A stretch of 63,352 nt of DNA, counting the filler, from Intoshia linei (Eukaryota; Animalia; Orthonectida), in the NCBI GenBank assembly GCA_001642005.1. It is 6 parts of 6 records of this genome, joined end to end, with 100 filler letters (N's around TTAATTAATTAA, not from the genome) between each part and the next. Parts side by side here need not be neighbours in the genome. Positions count along the whole stretch, not along the records: positions 1 to 7,902 come from LWCA01001505.1; positions 8,003 to 28,248 come from LWCA01000698.1; 4 more parts are not named here. One strand, 5' to 3'. The notes beneath the pieces are model-generated. The model did no database searches, was not told the origin of the DNA, and saw nothing but the letters and a program-made list of their open reading frames with translations. Both the position numbers and the translations under genes were made by a program. This document shows, piece after piece, positions 1-11,858 of the stretch (the stretch's first letter is position 1; every line of letters starts with the position of its first letter).

Positions 1-190
1 AAAATTCAATTTTATCATCGTAAAAGTAAAAATTCAGTTTTACGAAACCTAAAATTAAAAAAACAGTTTTACTAACCTTTTAGGAAAATTTCCTGGTTTA
101 CCAACTCTTATGGGAAAAATCCATTTCTACAAACCCTAATAGAAAAAATTCAGTTTTACTTATCCTTAAGGTAAAAATCCAATTTTACCG
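1..190 (+). repeat. Degenerate ~30-bp tandem repeat (unit like AAAATCCAATTTTACCAACCCTTAAGGAAA)
   Basis: About 6 diverged units seen directly. The same unit recurs at 4335-4420, 4600-4700, 17690-18070, 24020-24290 (reverse) and 41835-42010. Confidence 0.8.
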
Positions 191-684
191 AATTGCAGAG
201 TATCACCAAACAAAACAAAGTGAAGTTCTTAATTAGAAGGATTATTGATAAAACAGATGTTATAACCACTTTAATACTGACGAGGATAGAAATAAAACCT
301 TTTAAAACAAAATTAAAAAGATTTTATTCATTATGGATTTTTCTGTCCTTGAAATATTTTATATTAGCATCATTATATGTTTTTAGTTGTCTTCTTGGCT
401 TTATTTATTTAAAAACTCTTAATCCTTTCATTCTCTGTGTATCCTATACTATACACATCATAATTTTGAAAAAATTTATTCTTTTTTCATACATTTTGAC
501 ATAGATAATTTAAAAACTATACAAGTCTAAATTAAAACATAAATTTCGAACAGTGAAAGAGTTAAAGGTATGTAAAAATGGATTTTCCGTTAATGAGTGG
601 TAAAGTTTGATTAGAAAATAAATTTTAGTAAAAATGGTTGTTTAAGAATATTCTCGATATACAATGTATGCATAAATTGCACAC

Positions 685-1521
685 CTTTAAAGACATAACT
701 CCATATGGTTGAGGTAGTTGAAGATAATAACTTATAGAGTAAGTTTCCAAATTCCACACAAACATAGATCCAGTTGTACAACCAGATATCAAACATGAAG
801 AGTCTGTAAAAATAGAAATACTGGCTATACAGCTAGCATCATATTTATCGTCGTCAACGGTCAATGTAGTCTTAAAATTTTCAGATTTATCTAAATGTAA
901 ATATTAAAATTTAACAACTGATTAGATGTTTGATTAGATTCTAATCAATCAAATGATTATTCACTAACTAATAATATACCAAAAATAAGAATAGCTGAAC
1001 AAACAGTTCCAATAGCTATAGTGTTTGCTGATACATCCTAAATTCAAAATTCAAAATATTAAATTATATTTTAAATTCTTACGACTGTGGAAGGTGACCC
1101 AATATTTTTTGATTGCTAAATTGTAAAATATCTTATATTAGTTAACATGTAAATAAATACCTTTAATGTTTTCAAATGGCGAGAAATATTTTTATATTTT
1201 AAACATCTAAATAATATATAAAAAACGTAAAATAATAAAATAAATAAATAATAATAAATAAAATAATAAAATAAATATAATTTCAAATTTTTACTCGATC
1301 AAAACATTCATTGATTCCATCTGAGATTTGTCACTAAAAATCACGTATTATAAAGTTAGAATTTATACAATTTTGATTATTTGGTAAATGCATATACTGA
1401 TAAAGCAATATATAACATTCATTAATAATTTGAAAATTTATTTTTATAACAACCTCCCATCTAATTCATCTGTAGCATTGCTAGCAAGGCTTTGACAATC
1501 AGTAGATTCTTCGATAATTTT
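685..1521 (-). CDS. VPS8: VPS8 (CORVET subunit)-like, N-terminal WD40 region; partial, multi-exon
   Basis: In-phase splicing of six small exons gives ...KIIEESTD...LKYKNISRHLKTLK|QSKNIGSPSTV|DVSANTIAIGTVCSAILIF|DKSENFKTTL...CIASISIFTDSSCLISGCTTGSMFVWNL. This follows the recalled VPS8 pattern GxPTxIxVS..IAxGT..G..LIFD...ISALS...D.SRL..G...G.I..WD. Start codon and downstream exons are unresolved. Confidence 0.65.
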
Positions 1522-2702
1522 CTATAAATATATTTAATGGTTGAATATGGCGGTACCAAAAACAATGATGGCAGCATAAGTTAGTGGATTTATTTAGAAA
1601 ATATTTGGACGATATAATTGATTTTTTGATACAAGAGTAAAGATACCTTAATATTTTCAATTATATATTTTTGTTTGATTGAGATTTTTTCTTTTATGTT
1701 CACCAAATTCTAAGATATATCAGAGTCCCAAGAAAAAAGTTGAGAAATTAGTCTCAACATTAGCAATACAATTATCACGTTAAACATGCAAAATACATTA
1801 GATCAATTAATGTTTCTTAAATGGTGCGTCATAGAAAATTTTATGTGTGCCAGCGGAAAATTGAAAACGAGCTATATGCCATTTAACATAATCACAAGTC
1901 AGTTAAATCAGATTTTTAGTTTTTTACAATTTTTTTTCTTAAATTTCCATCTTTTCCTAGCAAAATCGTATGCTATGGTATAAGAGTTTCAGTAAGGACC
2001 TAACAATATAAAATTTTTACTATTTTAATTTATGCTTGTGCGCCAATAGAAAAAAATAGAAAAAGTTGAGAAATATAAAAGGTATTAGTATGTTTATAAA
2101 AATTTTGATTTTTATAACAAAATAACATCCAGTAGACTACAGCTGACCTGTATTGTATACATTTTTACTATGCCATAAAAAATAGATGGATAATTATTAT
2201 AATTTCTGTAAAATTTAAATATTACACTGTGCATGTTTAAATTTAATAAATTGAAGCTAACATTAGTCTCTAGCATGTAGTATATTTTAAACTATCTTTT
2301 TAATATTTTTAGCGTAAATACAAATATTTATGATGTATGAAATGAGTATAAATTTATTGCTATGCAAATTAATAGGAATATTTGCTTGTTGGAATGCGGG
2401 CTTGTCAACAATCTCGTACTCAAAAATTACGTAGTATCAATTTTAGTTTATTTGGTAATAAATGTAAAGCCAAAACTACTTATCTATGCTGACCAATATA
2501 AATTTTTGGCTTGAAATTCATTCCAAATAAACTAAAAGTGATAGTACGTATTTTTCTTGCCACCTTATTAAAGTCTTTAATAAAAACTAAAAAAAAAAAA
2601 CCATAGATACATTAACTAAAAAAAATTAGTTTAGTTGTTAATAATCACTGGTTACTCGAGATAATAAGAATGAATACAATTATGACAAATTAACGAATCA
2701 AA

Positions 2703-3737
2703 ATGTCGAGTCATTTATCAAAAAACGGAAATAAGCGTAGAAATAGATACAGTTCGTCTCCTGAGAATATGAGAAAGAAACGCCATAAACGCAGTTCTTC
2801 TTTCGATAAAAGAAAACGTAATAATGATGCCTCTCCAAAAATTAAAAGAAAAGATGCCAAACGTAAATACCGAGATTCATCGAAAGATAAAAAAGAATTA
2901 AATATAGTTGTAAAAAAGCCAAGAGAAATTGAAAACCCCGGTAATGATGATGAATTTAAAAGTTCCATACAACGATATAATTTTGAAGATAAACGTGCAA
3001 TTTTCAACGAAAAGAGAAAAAAGCATAAAGATAAACATAAAATAATAGAAACGATACCCTTTAATGAAAACAAAAAAGCACCTGATGAAGATGAAGAAAT
3101 TAGGGAAATTAAACCTGTGGTTGTTGCAATAAAACAAAAAAATTTAAATTTTCTTAAAAAATCTACCAAACCATTGAATAAAGATAAAGATGTGCTCCAT
3201 TCTGCTGAAAACGCCGAATTAGATTATGATAAAATAATAACAACTATTAAATTATCTGATTATCGCAATATTTTAAACACTAAAAGGAACGAGTACGTTC
3301 CAACGAGGGCAGAAAATGTAAACGAGAAAGAAAAACCTAAAGAAGAAGAAACCGAAGTTATTTCAGCTGTTCACGTTGATTTTGCAAAGTTTTATAACAA
3401 TAAAATGAAAATTTTGCAAATTAATCAGGAATATGATCAAAAGTTACAAACTGTCTTAAGACAGGAAGATCCACTGTTGCAGTATTTTTTAACTAAGAAG
3501 CAGTTCAAGCGCCAGAAAAGCATGAAAAGTGGTAAAACGTTGGTTCAAGAATCACATTTAGATTATCGTATTGGTCCTTTCCAATCAATGCATCGCAATA
3601 GATATGATATTATGCCTGGTTCTCTTTGGGATGGTGTCGATAGATCAAATGGATTTGAAATGAAACTATTTAATGCCGCTAACAAAAAATTGGCTATTAA
3701 CGATGAAAAATACAAATGGCAAACTGAAGATATGTAA
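2703..3737 (+). CDS. BUD13: BUD13 homolog (RES splicing complex), intronless
   Basis: 344-aa ORF with a basic R/S/K-rich N-terminus, the signature NRYDIMPGSLWDGVDRSNGFE, and terminal YKWQTEDM. Confidence 0.95.
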   Translation: MSSHLSKNGNKRRNRYSSSPENMRKKRHKRSSSFDKRKRNNDASPKIKRKDAKRKYRDSSKDKKELNIVVKKPREIENPGNDDEFKSSIQRYNFEDKRAIFNEKRKKHKDKHKIIETIPFNENKKAPDEDEEIREIKPVVVAIKQKNLNFLKKSTKPLNKDKDVLHSAENAELDYDKIITTIKLSDYRNILNTKRNEYVPTRAENVNEKEKPKEEETEVISAVHVDFAKFYNNKMKILQINQEYDQKLQTVLRQEDPLLQYFLTKKQFKRQKSMKSGKTLVQESHLDYRIGPFQSMHRNRYDIMPGSLWDGVDRSNGFEMKLFNAANKKLAINDEKYKWQTEDM

Positions 3738-3947
3738 ATCTGTATTATACTTTAATAAAATTTATTTTTTCTACGTGTCTATTGACCCATTGACCCAATC
3801 CAGAAAAATTTTCTTATGATTTACAAAATAGTAAACGATACCAAAACTGTCAAGTCATCACTTGGATATTAATTCGCAAATAACAATAACAGTATTGAAT
3901 TTTAACTATTAACAAATTTCAATATTCGTGTCGTCGTAACTCTAGAG

Positions 3948-4700
3948 CGGGGGTGCACAATCTTTCCACCAATTCAGCCACAATGCTACTTTTCTCATTG
4001 ATACTACGGTCGAACAAAATTTACTTGGACATTGAAAAAGATTACTCTGGATCTAAATTTTAGGTCTAATAAAATAGTTTTCTTTAAATTTTAATATCAG
4101 CAAGTTTTAATTCATAATTTTCAATTAAAATTAATCCTATATTCACTCATATAAATTAACACCACATTTGTCATTTATCGGAATAAATAGCAATAATAGG
4201 ATTAATACAGTGTTTCTCATGGGGGTGACTGGTCACTTCAAAGGGTGAATACGAATATTTAGGTGATTGTAGGCGAAGCTACAATTTTCAACATATTTCA
4301 TTAAATCATCCAATTTAATATAATCTTATGAGAAAAAACCAATATTTTACCAACCCTTAAGGAAAAAAATTGCTTTTACCAATATTTTTATGAAAAATCC
4401 TATTTAATCAAATTTTTAGATCAATAATTCTTCTGACTCTTAAAACTACTCTTCGCTTTCATATACATGTTGGATAAATTTTCAATATTGAAAAACGTGG
4501 AAAAATAAGTAAATAAACTAATAAAGTTAAAGTTCTCACTAAAATGAAATTTCAAATATTAATCGATATTTATAAAATTTAGCTAAAATTAAAAAAGAAC
4601 AATTATATTTACAAACACTTAAGGAAAAATGCAGTTTTACTAACCCTAAAGGGTAATATCTGGTTTTACCAACCCTAAAAGAAAAAATTCACTTTGCCCT
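3948..4700 (+). mobile_element. Composite non-autonomous hAT-like element (C[A/G]GGGGTGCACAA end, then a CAGTGTTTCTCA end at 4208, then the 30-bp repeat)
   Basis: 3948-4245 aligns by eye with the reverse complement of 8550-8854. The part from 4208 matches the start of the element at 41373. Right boundary is approximate. Confidence 0.7.
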
Positions 4701-4754
4701 TATTGAATTGAAAAAGTGTATATTTTGTATATTGTATGGGTTACTGTGAATTTA

Positions 4755-5200
4755 TCCTAACTTATATAAAAGGCTACGCGATTTTTGTTTGCGTGTCTGT
4801 CTGTGTGTGTGTTCCACTTTATTGAAATAACTACCATTCTTAGAATTTTTTAAAGGCCACATTTCAATTACAGTTTTTTTTCGAGACGTATAATAAGATA
4901 AATTTTAACTTCCCAATTTCACATCTTACGGGTGAAAAACTCCTGTTGTCCCTCTTTTTGAAAATCAAACGAGTTGGAGAATTTAAAAAAATATATAAGC
5001 TGTCGGATTTTAAAATCATAAACATTGTCATAAATTTAAATTTAAAAAAATTATATCTTCAGGGCCAAAACTCCAAATTACCCTTTTTTTTTTAATGAAA
5101 ACAGCCCTATAATTTCAATAAATTTACAGGTGGTACAGTTGTATCCTGTTAACACATAAAAAATTTCAATCCAAATAAGTGACGATTTCACGGTTTAAAT
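4755..5200 (+). mobile_element. Dispersed repeat family A (Helitron-like 5' end A|TCC..TATATAA plus (TGTC/TG)n)
   Basis: Closely similar to 9368-9800, 30670-31029(-), 35270-35473(-), 39045-39211(-) and 43340-43795(-). Confidence 0.7.
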
Positions 5201-5568
5201 TATTATTTAAAATTTGAAGTCCTATAATTTTAAAAGAAATACAATTTGGGGTAGTTTTTAAAATCATCAAAATTATTGTAACTCTCAACTAGAGCTTGCA
5301 ATTTCTCGAGAATTTTCGACAGAAAAATTAACTCATACTATTAGTAATAAAAAAAAATTTTTAATTATGGATAATTACAAAAACTAAAGATACTAACAGT
5401 TCCAAAATTGTAAATATTTTTAAAATAAGGGCGGATAACAATCTGGTATTAATTGACTGTTAACGGAATGGATTAACTAGGAATTGAGCGACTATTTATC
5501 ACAAAATATATTTAAAATAAAGAATTTATTACAATAAAATGGTATCAAAACCTAATTAATTTATCTAA

Positions 5569-7902
5569 TCAGAATTGAGTATTCTTGAATAAATTGTTAG
5601 ACGCACCATTACGGTCAGTTAACATAAGATTCGAAGATTGAACTAAAAATAAAATTAAATAGCTTATATGAAATCCTTAATAATTTCTCAATACTATATG
5701 GTTACTTATTCAAAAAATACACATACACATAGTACTTTTAAAGGGGATTTAAAAATGTAAATAATGGAACAGGTTATGCTATCACGAAAACCGAGGTTTA
5801 TATTAATTTGAAAAATACAATTTGTAATGAATTAATGATATTTATTATATGCCAAATTTTAGTTGAAGGAATTTGATTTTCCAAAAAAAAAGATTTTTAG
5901 AAACGGAAGGCTAGATAAATATAATATTATACTTTATATGATAATATATTTTGCAGAAATAAGAATTGAGTATATTGAAAATTTGGAAATGGTTGGAAAA
6001 TTAATTAGGTGTAAAAATTTCGACCTAGGGAATGCTCACATATTATCACAGTGAAACGTCATTTATGAAAATATACATAATAATAATATTGTAATAATGT
6101 ATGAATAAAATAAACTCATATTAAGTTGATTATGCTTGTTATCATTCTTTTCCTTAACAGATCTGTCTTCTTCATTCTTTTCCAATTTTTTAACATTTAA
6201 AGTCATATCGCGCATAGATTGTATAAAGAAAGGCATACAATAATTCATAATATCATGCTTCCATGAAAGTTCCATTACAACATCCAACCTGAGAAGATGG
6301 TAACACTTGTAAAGACAAGCAGTAAAAGATTCGTATTCTTTATTTTCAAGAAACCAGGAAATCAATTCTTCAGTTTGTTCAATATTACCAGATTGGCTAA
6401 CATATGAAATTGCATCTTTGAAAAATTTGTCACGTTTACACAAATCAATAGCTTGCTTCCATCTATTATTGTTTTTATAAAGTTTAGCTGCAATTTTGCG
6501 AAAAGCAACCAATTCGTGAATTTTTAATTGGTCAGCTAATTTAATAGCATTAAAATTTTGGAATTGAGATATAGAAATTTCTAAGGCATTAATATCTTCG
6601 CCATCAACATAAATTGAATTTAACGTTTCATTGACATTAACGATATTTCGATGTTGAATGGATTTTAAATATGTCGATATGTAACTAATTTTATCCAATT
6701 TTTTAAAGAATGAAATAGCTTCAGTAGCATCCAAACGAGGGGCAATGGCAATCATTAAATCATTTAAAAGAAGGGGTTTGTAATCTAAATAAAATTGAAT
6801 AGCTTTAAAATATAATTTGACATTAATGACTTTAGTAATGGTATCCTTAAAATGAGATTCCCGCCAGGTATCGATAGGATATTCCATTATTGTAATAACA
6901 GAATTATCGTATTCATCGTATTTGTCATACAAATACACCAATTCAAGCCACAATTCAGCTTCTTTAACTGCTTTAACTACGAGGGGTATATTTACTCTAG
7001 AAGCAAATATTTTCAAGTGTTCATACAATTTGTTGGTTCGAAATTGCGAATAAAGAATAGCAACTTGAGTGAATATTCCCATATGAGATCTATCCAGAGA
7101 TAGCCCAGCTTCTAGAAGAGTAATCAATTCATCTACGTACCCGTATTTCAAGTAAACATTAATTACTTCTTCCATCTCCTCTGCGTGTATGATTATGCAG
7201 AGTCCACAAATTTGAGCCAAACGATATTCTTCAATTTCTAAACATGCGTAACAAAGCTCTTTCCAGGTGTTTGTATTGTTAGCCTTCCGTCCAATTTCGA
7301 CAGCTTCCTGATGCATGCCCAAGTGAACATAAGTCAACGCTAATTTGGGAAAATTTGATATATTTTTGTATAATATAAGTGAAGCTTCATAAATTTTATC
7401 ATTATAACATCGATCGGCAACGTCATTTAAATTGGCGTGTGTGCCTGCATTTGTAAAAATTTCCATTTCCGTTATTTTGTTGACTTTGGCTAGAGCATAA
7501 CAGTATTCGGTTTCTATAAAAGTTTCTCTAACGTTTTCTATACACATTTGCAAATATCTAACCAAATCATCCCAATTTCCATTTTTTTTGGAAAATTCAA
7601 CCACATATACGTTGTTTTTGTAATCATTTGAACGTATATATCCGTTTATAGCTTCTTTAATCTTATTGTTAGTCAATTGACCCTTTGCTAGATAACTCCA
7701 AACAGCATTATTATTACACTTTTCAGCATATTCGTGACCCCTATCCATGTTTTTTATATCATCTACTAAAACTTTAATAGCTAATTCTTCAGCATTGAAT
7801 TTAGAATAAATTATAAACGCCTCTTCATACAGATGATGATCCAGTACTATCTTTGCAATATCTTTAGCATGATAATTTTCCAATTTTGAAACATAATCCA
7901 TT
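5569..7902 (-). CDS. CLTC: Clathrin heavy chain, 3' part (exons 7902-6116 and 5642-5569); 5' end cut by the contig spacer
   Basis: ORF has CHC repeats (MDYVSKLENYHAKDIA..LYEEAF, AELWLELVYLYDKYDEYDN, NNRWKQAIDLCKRDK, MPFFIQSMR). A GT-AG intron at 6115-5643 joins in phase to a last exon IQSSNLMLTDRNG...TQF*. Confidence 0.97.
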
Positions 7903-8002
7903 NNNNNNNNNNNNNNNNNNNNNNNNNNNNNNNNNNNNNNNNNNNNTTAATTAATTAANNNNNNNNNNNNNNNNNNNNNNNNNNNNNNNNNNNNNNNNNN
8001 NN
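7903..8002. other. Artificial contig spacer N44-TTAATTAATTAA-N44
   Basis: Identical 100-bp construct occurs five times; TTAATTAATTAA is a stop in all six frames. Confidence 0.97.
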
Positions 8003-8549
8003 TTCATTGTTTTCTGTATTAAGTTGTTTGTTTTCGAATATATTCGATATTTTTTTAGAATTTATCAGATTTAGCCTTCTGGCAAGCGAGCACCCTATAA
8101 TATTGTTAAAGGCTGTAATATAAAATTCTATTGGTTCTATTAATTCGTCAATTGGAAATTATTTTTTTACATAATTCACTATTATTTTTTAAGTGTTTGT
8201 AAAAATCAAAAAACTCTCAATACAATTATATTTATTTTATAATTACAATTATAATTTTTTTTGGCATAATTAAAAAATAATTAATTTTTATTAATGAATA
8301 AATTTGAAGTGATCCAAATTAAACGATATAAAGTGTGTTTTTAATATAAATTTATTAAAACTTCATTTTATTAAGAAAGTGAAAAATTACAAGTAAAAAA
8401 TTGACTATAATTATTTATGGTATTTACGAGTACTTATTTTTAAATGTCAAAACTTAAAATACTTTTGTTAAAATAAGTACTTATGGAATACAATTGTATT
8501 TTCATTGCTATGTAATTATAATTATTTAATTGTTACGTTTTTACCATAA

Positions 8550-8854
8550 ATCCTTGAGGTGACCAGTCACCCTCATGAGAAGCACTACATTAATCCTACT
8601 ATTGCTATTTATTCCGATTCAGATAAATGACAAATGTGGTATTAATTTATATGAGTAAATTAAGGATTAATTTTAATTGAAAATTATTAATTAAAACTTG
8701 TTGATATTAAAATTTAAAGAAAACTATTTTATTAGCCCTAAAATTTTTGGTCCAGAGTAAACTTTCTCAATGTCGAAGTAAAATTTGTGTGGCCGTAGTA
8801 TGAATGAGAAAAGTAGCATTGTGGCTGGATTGGTAGAAAGGTTGTGCACCCCTG
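8550..8854 (-). mobile_element. Second copy of the composite hAT-like element
   Basis: Reverse-complement match to 3948-4245; ends TTGTGCACCCCTG next to TTATAAAG (nnnTAnnn). Confidence 0.75.
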
Positions 8855-9075
8855 TTATAAAGCATACCCATATTAACATGTAAACGATAAAAAAAATTAA
8901 GAAAAACAAAATGTTTATAGGATTAGTAGTTATGAGCTTTTTTATATGTGATACATCAACTTTGAAAGGGTTAATATATATTTAAAATTTACCATTTCTG
9001 TAAATTGAAAGAATGGAATCTTAGATTATAAATATTTATTTCTATTATTATTTTTTATTTATTTATTTGTATTAG

Positions 9076-11709
9076 CTACCAAAAGAAGACAATACGATTC
9101 TGGAGGATTAGATTATTCACATTATCAAAATTTTTCATCCGACTTTAATCCATTTGATATATTTAAAACTTTTTTTAAAGGTACATTTTATCAATATTAT
9201 TTTATACAGTTTATACGTTTTTTTAGATGATCCATTTTCAGATTCTGGATTTGGAGGATCTAGTTTTGGAAAGTTTTATTATCATTTTCAAATTAAAATA
9301 TTTTTAGTATTGGTGGATTTGGAAATATGGGATCATTTGAGGGCTTTATGGGGTACTTTATTCTATATCCTTTATTTATATAAAACTCTTTGTTTGTCTG
9401 TGTGTGTGTTAGTGTTTATTTCAATAATTAAGAGTTAGAATTTTATAAAGTCACATTTCTATTAAATTTTTTCCGGATGAAAGTAAGCTAAATGTCAACC
9501 TCCGAAACTCACATCTTACCAGTCAAAAACTCCAATGTTTTTTTTTAAAATGAAACGAGTTCGATAATTTAAAAAAATATACACTCTGATACAGATTTTA
9601 AAATTATAAATATTATCATAAATCTAAAGTTAAAAGAAATATATCTTCAGGGCCAAAACCCCAAATGAACCTTTTTTTTTAATGAAAACAGCCCATAGAA
9701 TTTAAAAAAAATTACAGATGGTACAGGTATATCCAGTTAACACACACAAAAAAATTTAATCTGATTAAGTGACACCTTCATGCTTAAAAAAGCACTTTAA
9801 TATTCATTTTTTTTATTTCGAAAATATTTTATTAAAACAAAAAATGTGAAATAATTAACGGTCCGAAAATTAAAAAAAAAAGATTATTCTGATAGAGCTT
9901 ATTCCAGTTGNGGTCCGAAAATTAAAAAAAAAAGATTATTCTGATAGAGCTTATTCCAGTTGACATAAATATAAAATTTGAACCCCAGAAATCTACGCAT
10001 TCCCGGTGAAAAATAATTTTTAATATATTATCAACCAATATTTTTCAAATATTTCGAATTAAAATAACAAATTGAAAATGTAAATATTGATACTACAATT
10101 TCAAAAAAAAATGTGCATTGAACGTCTACACATTTCCAATAAAGAAACATGGGCGAAAATATATATACAGTATAAGCTCCGTTATTCGCCCTAAATCGAA
10201 ATTGTGGTTGGATTAAGAGGTTGTTTGTAACATTGGAAGAAGGACATTTTTATATAAAGGGCTTGAAATTTTATTAATGGTGGGATAAAAGTGGGATTTT
10301 TTAAATGATAATGTAACGGTAGTCTAGGCTATGGGATAAAATCCCAACCTTTGGCATATCTGAAATAATGTACTTTAGACAAATAAAATATTTAGAGAGG
10401 TTCTGAGATGTGTATGGATTCCATACTATGGAACCAACTTTTTCCTTTATTTACACATTAAGATAGTTGAAACCAGGCTGCACAAAATACGACTCGTGGG
10501 TAGAATCCGATTCATCAACCATTTTAATTTGTCCAATGATAAGCTGAAATGATTTATAATTAGTTGTTTTCAATATTAAAAATTTTACCATCCCGTGAAT
10601 TGTTTATTTCAAAAACGAAATTTAAAAGAAAAGGTTACAGATCAGGCTGACTTATAATAATTTGGAAAACATACTGCGTCTATCGACTACTAATTTAAAT
10701 CCAAATTTTGATCAATCAGTCAATAAACAAATCTTTTATGTTTAACTAGGTACTGTTATGTACTTCGTACAACCAGTACCTAGCTCTACCGAGGCGAACT
10801 TTTTTAATTCTACCAAAAGAGTAAATTCAATAATAAAACCTTACTTAACTATTCACTTAACTTAACTAATGCTACTATTTACTATTATTAATACTGTAAA
10901 GGAGTCATCCCCAAACTTGTTTCACTTTGTGTCGGTTATTTCACATTACTTTTCCATTTAAAGTGAATTATTCCCACTCATTTTTATTTAAAGTAAAAAG
11001 CTTTAAAAACAATTTTGTGATTACATTTTTTTAATTTATTAGAGAGCATGAGTGCGTAATCTTAAAAATAAAATAAAAACAGGACAATTTTAAAAATTGT
11101 CATAAATGAGCCATTTAAAATGGCTTGAATTCAAGAAAAAATAAAATTCTAAATAAACCGGTATTTTTTTTTAAATGTGATGGTATATATTCAGTATCTG
11201 CTTTCGATAAGTAAAAAAGGAATGTATTGATACAATTTATAGGTCTGCCCTACTTATATGTGATGTTTAATACAACAGTTAACGCTGATTTACTATCTCC
11301 AATATACATATTTATCTATTCCCTTTACTAGTTTAGTCGAATTTGAGGAATCTGTCAATGAAATGAGACGTTTGGTGGTCTGTTCTTTTGAAAGTTTTTT
11401 TGTTTATATATTTCTTCTATGTGAATTGATGCGGTTTAAATAGTTTATTTTGTTCATTAGTGTAAAGTTATAATAAATATAATTATACATTTTAGATCTA
11501 AGATGGGAGGTGCACATTGTGTGAGTAGTTCAACATCTACATCTATTGTAAATGGTAAAAAAATAAGCACAACCAAGTAATTCATTAAAATATTAAACGT
11601 AACTATTTTATTTAGAGTGTGTGAAAATGGTAATGAAACAGTGACTACATCAGTTAATGGTGTAGTAAAGTCTATCCAAGTAAATGGTGAATATCAATTG
11701 TTGAAATAA
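9076..11709 (+). CDS. DNAJB6: DNAJB6/DNAJB2/DNAJB8-type Hsp40, 3' part (exons 9076-9180, 9227-9272, 9308-9352, 11496-11576, 11616-11709)
   Basis: Spliced: TKRRQYD (J-domain end)...NPFDIFKTFF, a G/F region, then SSSTSTSIVNGKKISTTKVCENGNETVTTSVNGVVKSIQVNGEYQLLK*, matching the DNAJB6 C-terminal domain. All splice phases agree. J-domain exons were not found on this contig. Confidence 0.88.
9368..10140 (+). mobile_element. Repeat family A copy inside the DNAJB6 intron
   Basis: Matches 4755-5200 and the reverse complement of parts of 34360-35473. Confidence 0.75.
10756..10990 (+). mobile_element. Dispersed repeat family B (begins TTATGTACT[T/A]CGTACA...CTAGCTCT.CCGAGG)
   Basis: Homologous stretches at 33290-33490, 42819-43190 and 59176-59340. 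Confidence 0.7.
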
Positions 11710-11858
11710 TATTTAATGTTGCAGTTTAAATAAAAATATTATTTATAGTGATTTACTAATTTTAATCGTTTCTATAAACAAAGAAAATATCAAAAATAGA
11801 GGTTTCCGTCCCTTTCTTAATAATTATTGATTAGATTCCAATAGCAGGTGTAACAAAA

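Noticed and set aside
1-190. Regular ~30-bp repeats as a possible CRISPR array
   Set aside because: Units are degenerate and abut without unique spacers; eukaryotic context; no cas genes.
2711-3169. Antisense ORFs over BUD13 (also over HSP60, CDK9, clathrin and the PTP)
   Set aside because: Shadow frames of real coding sequence with no independent signal.
6063-6115. Apparent C-terminal TM segment on clathrin (SLFYSYIITILLLCIFS)
   Set aside because: Read-through into an intron; the real last exon is 5642-5569.
7903-8002. TTAATTAATTAA palindrome between N runs (five occurrences)
   Set aside because: Identical 100-bp construct with stops in all six frames; a contig-joining linker, not biology.
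9860-9962. ~51-bp direct repeat around a single N
   Set aside because: The copies differ only in an A-run length and flank an N; typical unresolved contig overlap.
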